Below, piece after piece: positions 62,378 to 64,000 of a DNA stretch of 64,000 nucleotides; position 1 is the first letter of the stretch, and the number at the start of each line of letters is the position of its first letter. The translations under genes were made by a program, and so were the position numbers. Source of the DNA: Podarcis bocagei (Eukaryota); NCBI GenBank assembly GCA_964188305.1, contig OZ076895.1, one strand, 5' to 3'. The notes under the pieces were generated by a model. That model did not search any database. It was not told where the DNA came from and was given only the letters and a program-made list of their open reading frames with translations.

Positions 62378-62875
62378 TGTCAGCAGCTGGACTGAGGAGG
62401 AATGGTGGGAGCTGCCCCCACTTTCTTCTGAACCTTCCCAAGAACAGGAGGACAGTATAGATTTAGAACAGTGGTTTGCAGAAGGGCATAGTTCAGAGGC
62501 TGCAGAGCTACAAAGCTGGAAAATATTGGGAGAGGAACAGCGGAAAGAAGAAACACCGGGGAGAGATAGCTGACAGACTCAGTGTCTTTGGAGAGCATTC
62601 CTGACCCTCCCTCTCCCAGGACCAGGCGAGCATTGGGGGTAATAGAACAGAAGGCTCAGAGGCAGAAAGCTCAGATTAGCTGACGCAAGGGTGATGTAGA
62701 ATAGGAGAGACGGAGGGGGTTGGACTTTATTCAGAGCAACACCATTATCTTAGGGAGGCTGCATTCCTTCGTCTCTCTCTGTGAACTATGGAATAAATTA
62801 CTTGGTAAGAACTCCTCTTGTTTATCTGCTTATTGTCTGCCACCGTGGGAGGGATTCCCTGAAGCCTGGCAAACA
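62378..62875 (+). mobile_element. Solo LTR (gypsy-like) inserted in a palindromic MITE
   Basis: tgtcag...gcaaaca ends; tacca direct repeat at the flanks (62372-62376 and 62876-62880); AATAAA at 62792-62797. Confidence 0.68.
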
Positions 62876-63647
62876 TACCACTCTGAACAACTATTGCTTC
62901 CCACAAAGAATCCTGAGAATTGTAGTTTGGGAAGGGTTCTGAAAGTTGTTCAGAGAGTTCCCTTCATAGACCAATAGTTTCCAGAGTGGTTTAATACCTC
63001 CAACTAAGTGGCTGCATTTTAACCATTGATAAGCACTAATGGTTGCCCTGATCTGAGTGGACCCATAAGGGCAGGGGTCTTAAGGCTATCCATTGACAAC
63101 TAGGAGCCAGACAACAGAATGATCCTGTTGCCAGGCCACCTGGTCACTGCCTTTGCCACTAAGGTGAAATGTATTGTCTTTCAAGATACAGCAATTATTT
63201 TGAAATGCAAATGGATATGTATAAATTAGCATGTGCAGATTTTGTGCAAATAGGTACCCTCTTTTGGACGGATGCATTTCACGGTTGTTGGTGAGCTGCA
63301 AGTGGGCACCCTACTGATCATTCATTATTATTATTTTACAATTAATTTTTTAATTAATTTTCTATTACAATGATCCAATGGTAGGCTCATTATAACAATG
63401 CCAAATTAGAATACAATTACTAATCCCAATCATTCAGATGCCAAATTATATAATTTAGGTGGCCTCCTACATGCTAGAATTGATGGTTTTATTATTTACT
63501 TTGTTTCTGCATTCCAAAATATTATTCGTCTCAATTACAATCCAGTCAAAAGTACAATCCCTTATACAACAACTGCAATATTAATGACATCCATTCGTCT
63601 TGACACATTAAATGATTTATAAACCCATAGGTGAAGCATTCAAACTG

Positions 63648-63700
63648 CCGTATTTTTCGCTCCATAAGACACACCTGACCATAAGACGCTAGATCTAGTT
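63648..63700. mobile_element. Terminus of a Tc2/pogo-like MITE
   Basis: ccgtatttttcgctccataagacacacctgaccataagacgc matches the TIR of 4967-5553. Confidence 0.7.
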
Positions 63701-64000
63701 TTTATTTTTATTTTTTATAATAATATTTATTGGTTTTACAACAATTTGAACACTTACAAAAGAAAAAACAAAGAAAAAACAATACATTATAATACAAAAA
63801 CACTACACAAAAAATAACAAAACAAAACAAAAACAATTTAAAAACACATCAAAAGAAAGAAGAAGAAAAAGAAGAAAAAAGGAAAAACTTCCAATATCTT
63901 ATCTTTCCCATATTTCCACAGCCTCCTCACACCTCCCTTTTTGTATTCCACTTCTATTAATTATTTCAGCAATTCCTTACCATCTTCCCGTTTTCTATCC
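63700..64000 (-). mobile_element. Probable L1/Tx1-type LINE 3'UTR (runs off the window)
   Basis: T-run plus tttatt (AATAAA on the minus strand), then A-rich low complexity and cctccctt...ttcca, similar to 60552-60700. Confidence 0.45.

Overview
Eukaryotic genomic DNA, almost certainly from a squamate and probably a lacertid lizard. The evidence is the Sauria SINEs, (CTT)n-tailed tRNA/CORE SINEs, a BovB LINE, and CR1, L2 and Penelope remnants. The only host gene I can support is absent from the ORF track as an intact ORF. It consists of three + strand micro-exons (11107-11131, 16729-16764, 18356-18435) that splice in frame to [47 protein letters not shown], the conserved core of the microprotein OCC-1/C12orf75. 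Exon 1 appears to lie upstream of the window and the 3' end is probably near 19.9-20.7 kb. The remaining ~43 kb looks like gene desert: nested transposable elements plus several repeat-free, motif-rich blocks that may be enhancers. Most notable observations: (1) an intact minimal type I hammerhead ribozyme motif in a Penelope fragment (60894-60935, minus strand); (2) a young hAT MITE carrying a CpG-island/first-exon-like cargo inside the OCC-1 intron (7330-7843); (3) a solo LTR bracketed by a 157-bp duplication, one copy of which shows the empty site of a later MITE insertion; (4) a composite DNA element containing an L2 tail, present twice; (5) a BovB copy that keeps its 5' end and lacks RT. 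I see no prokaryotic-type system (CRISPR, operon, etc.). Nearly all listed ORFs are spurious or TE-derived. Family names come from my recall of consensus sequences, not from a database search.
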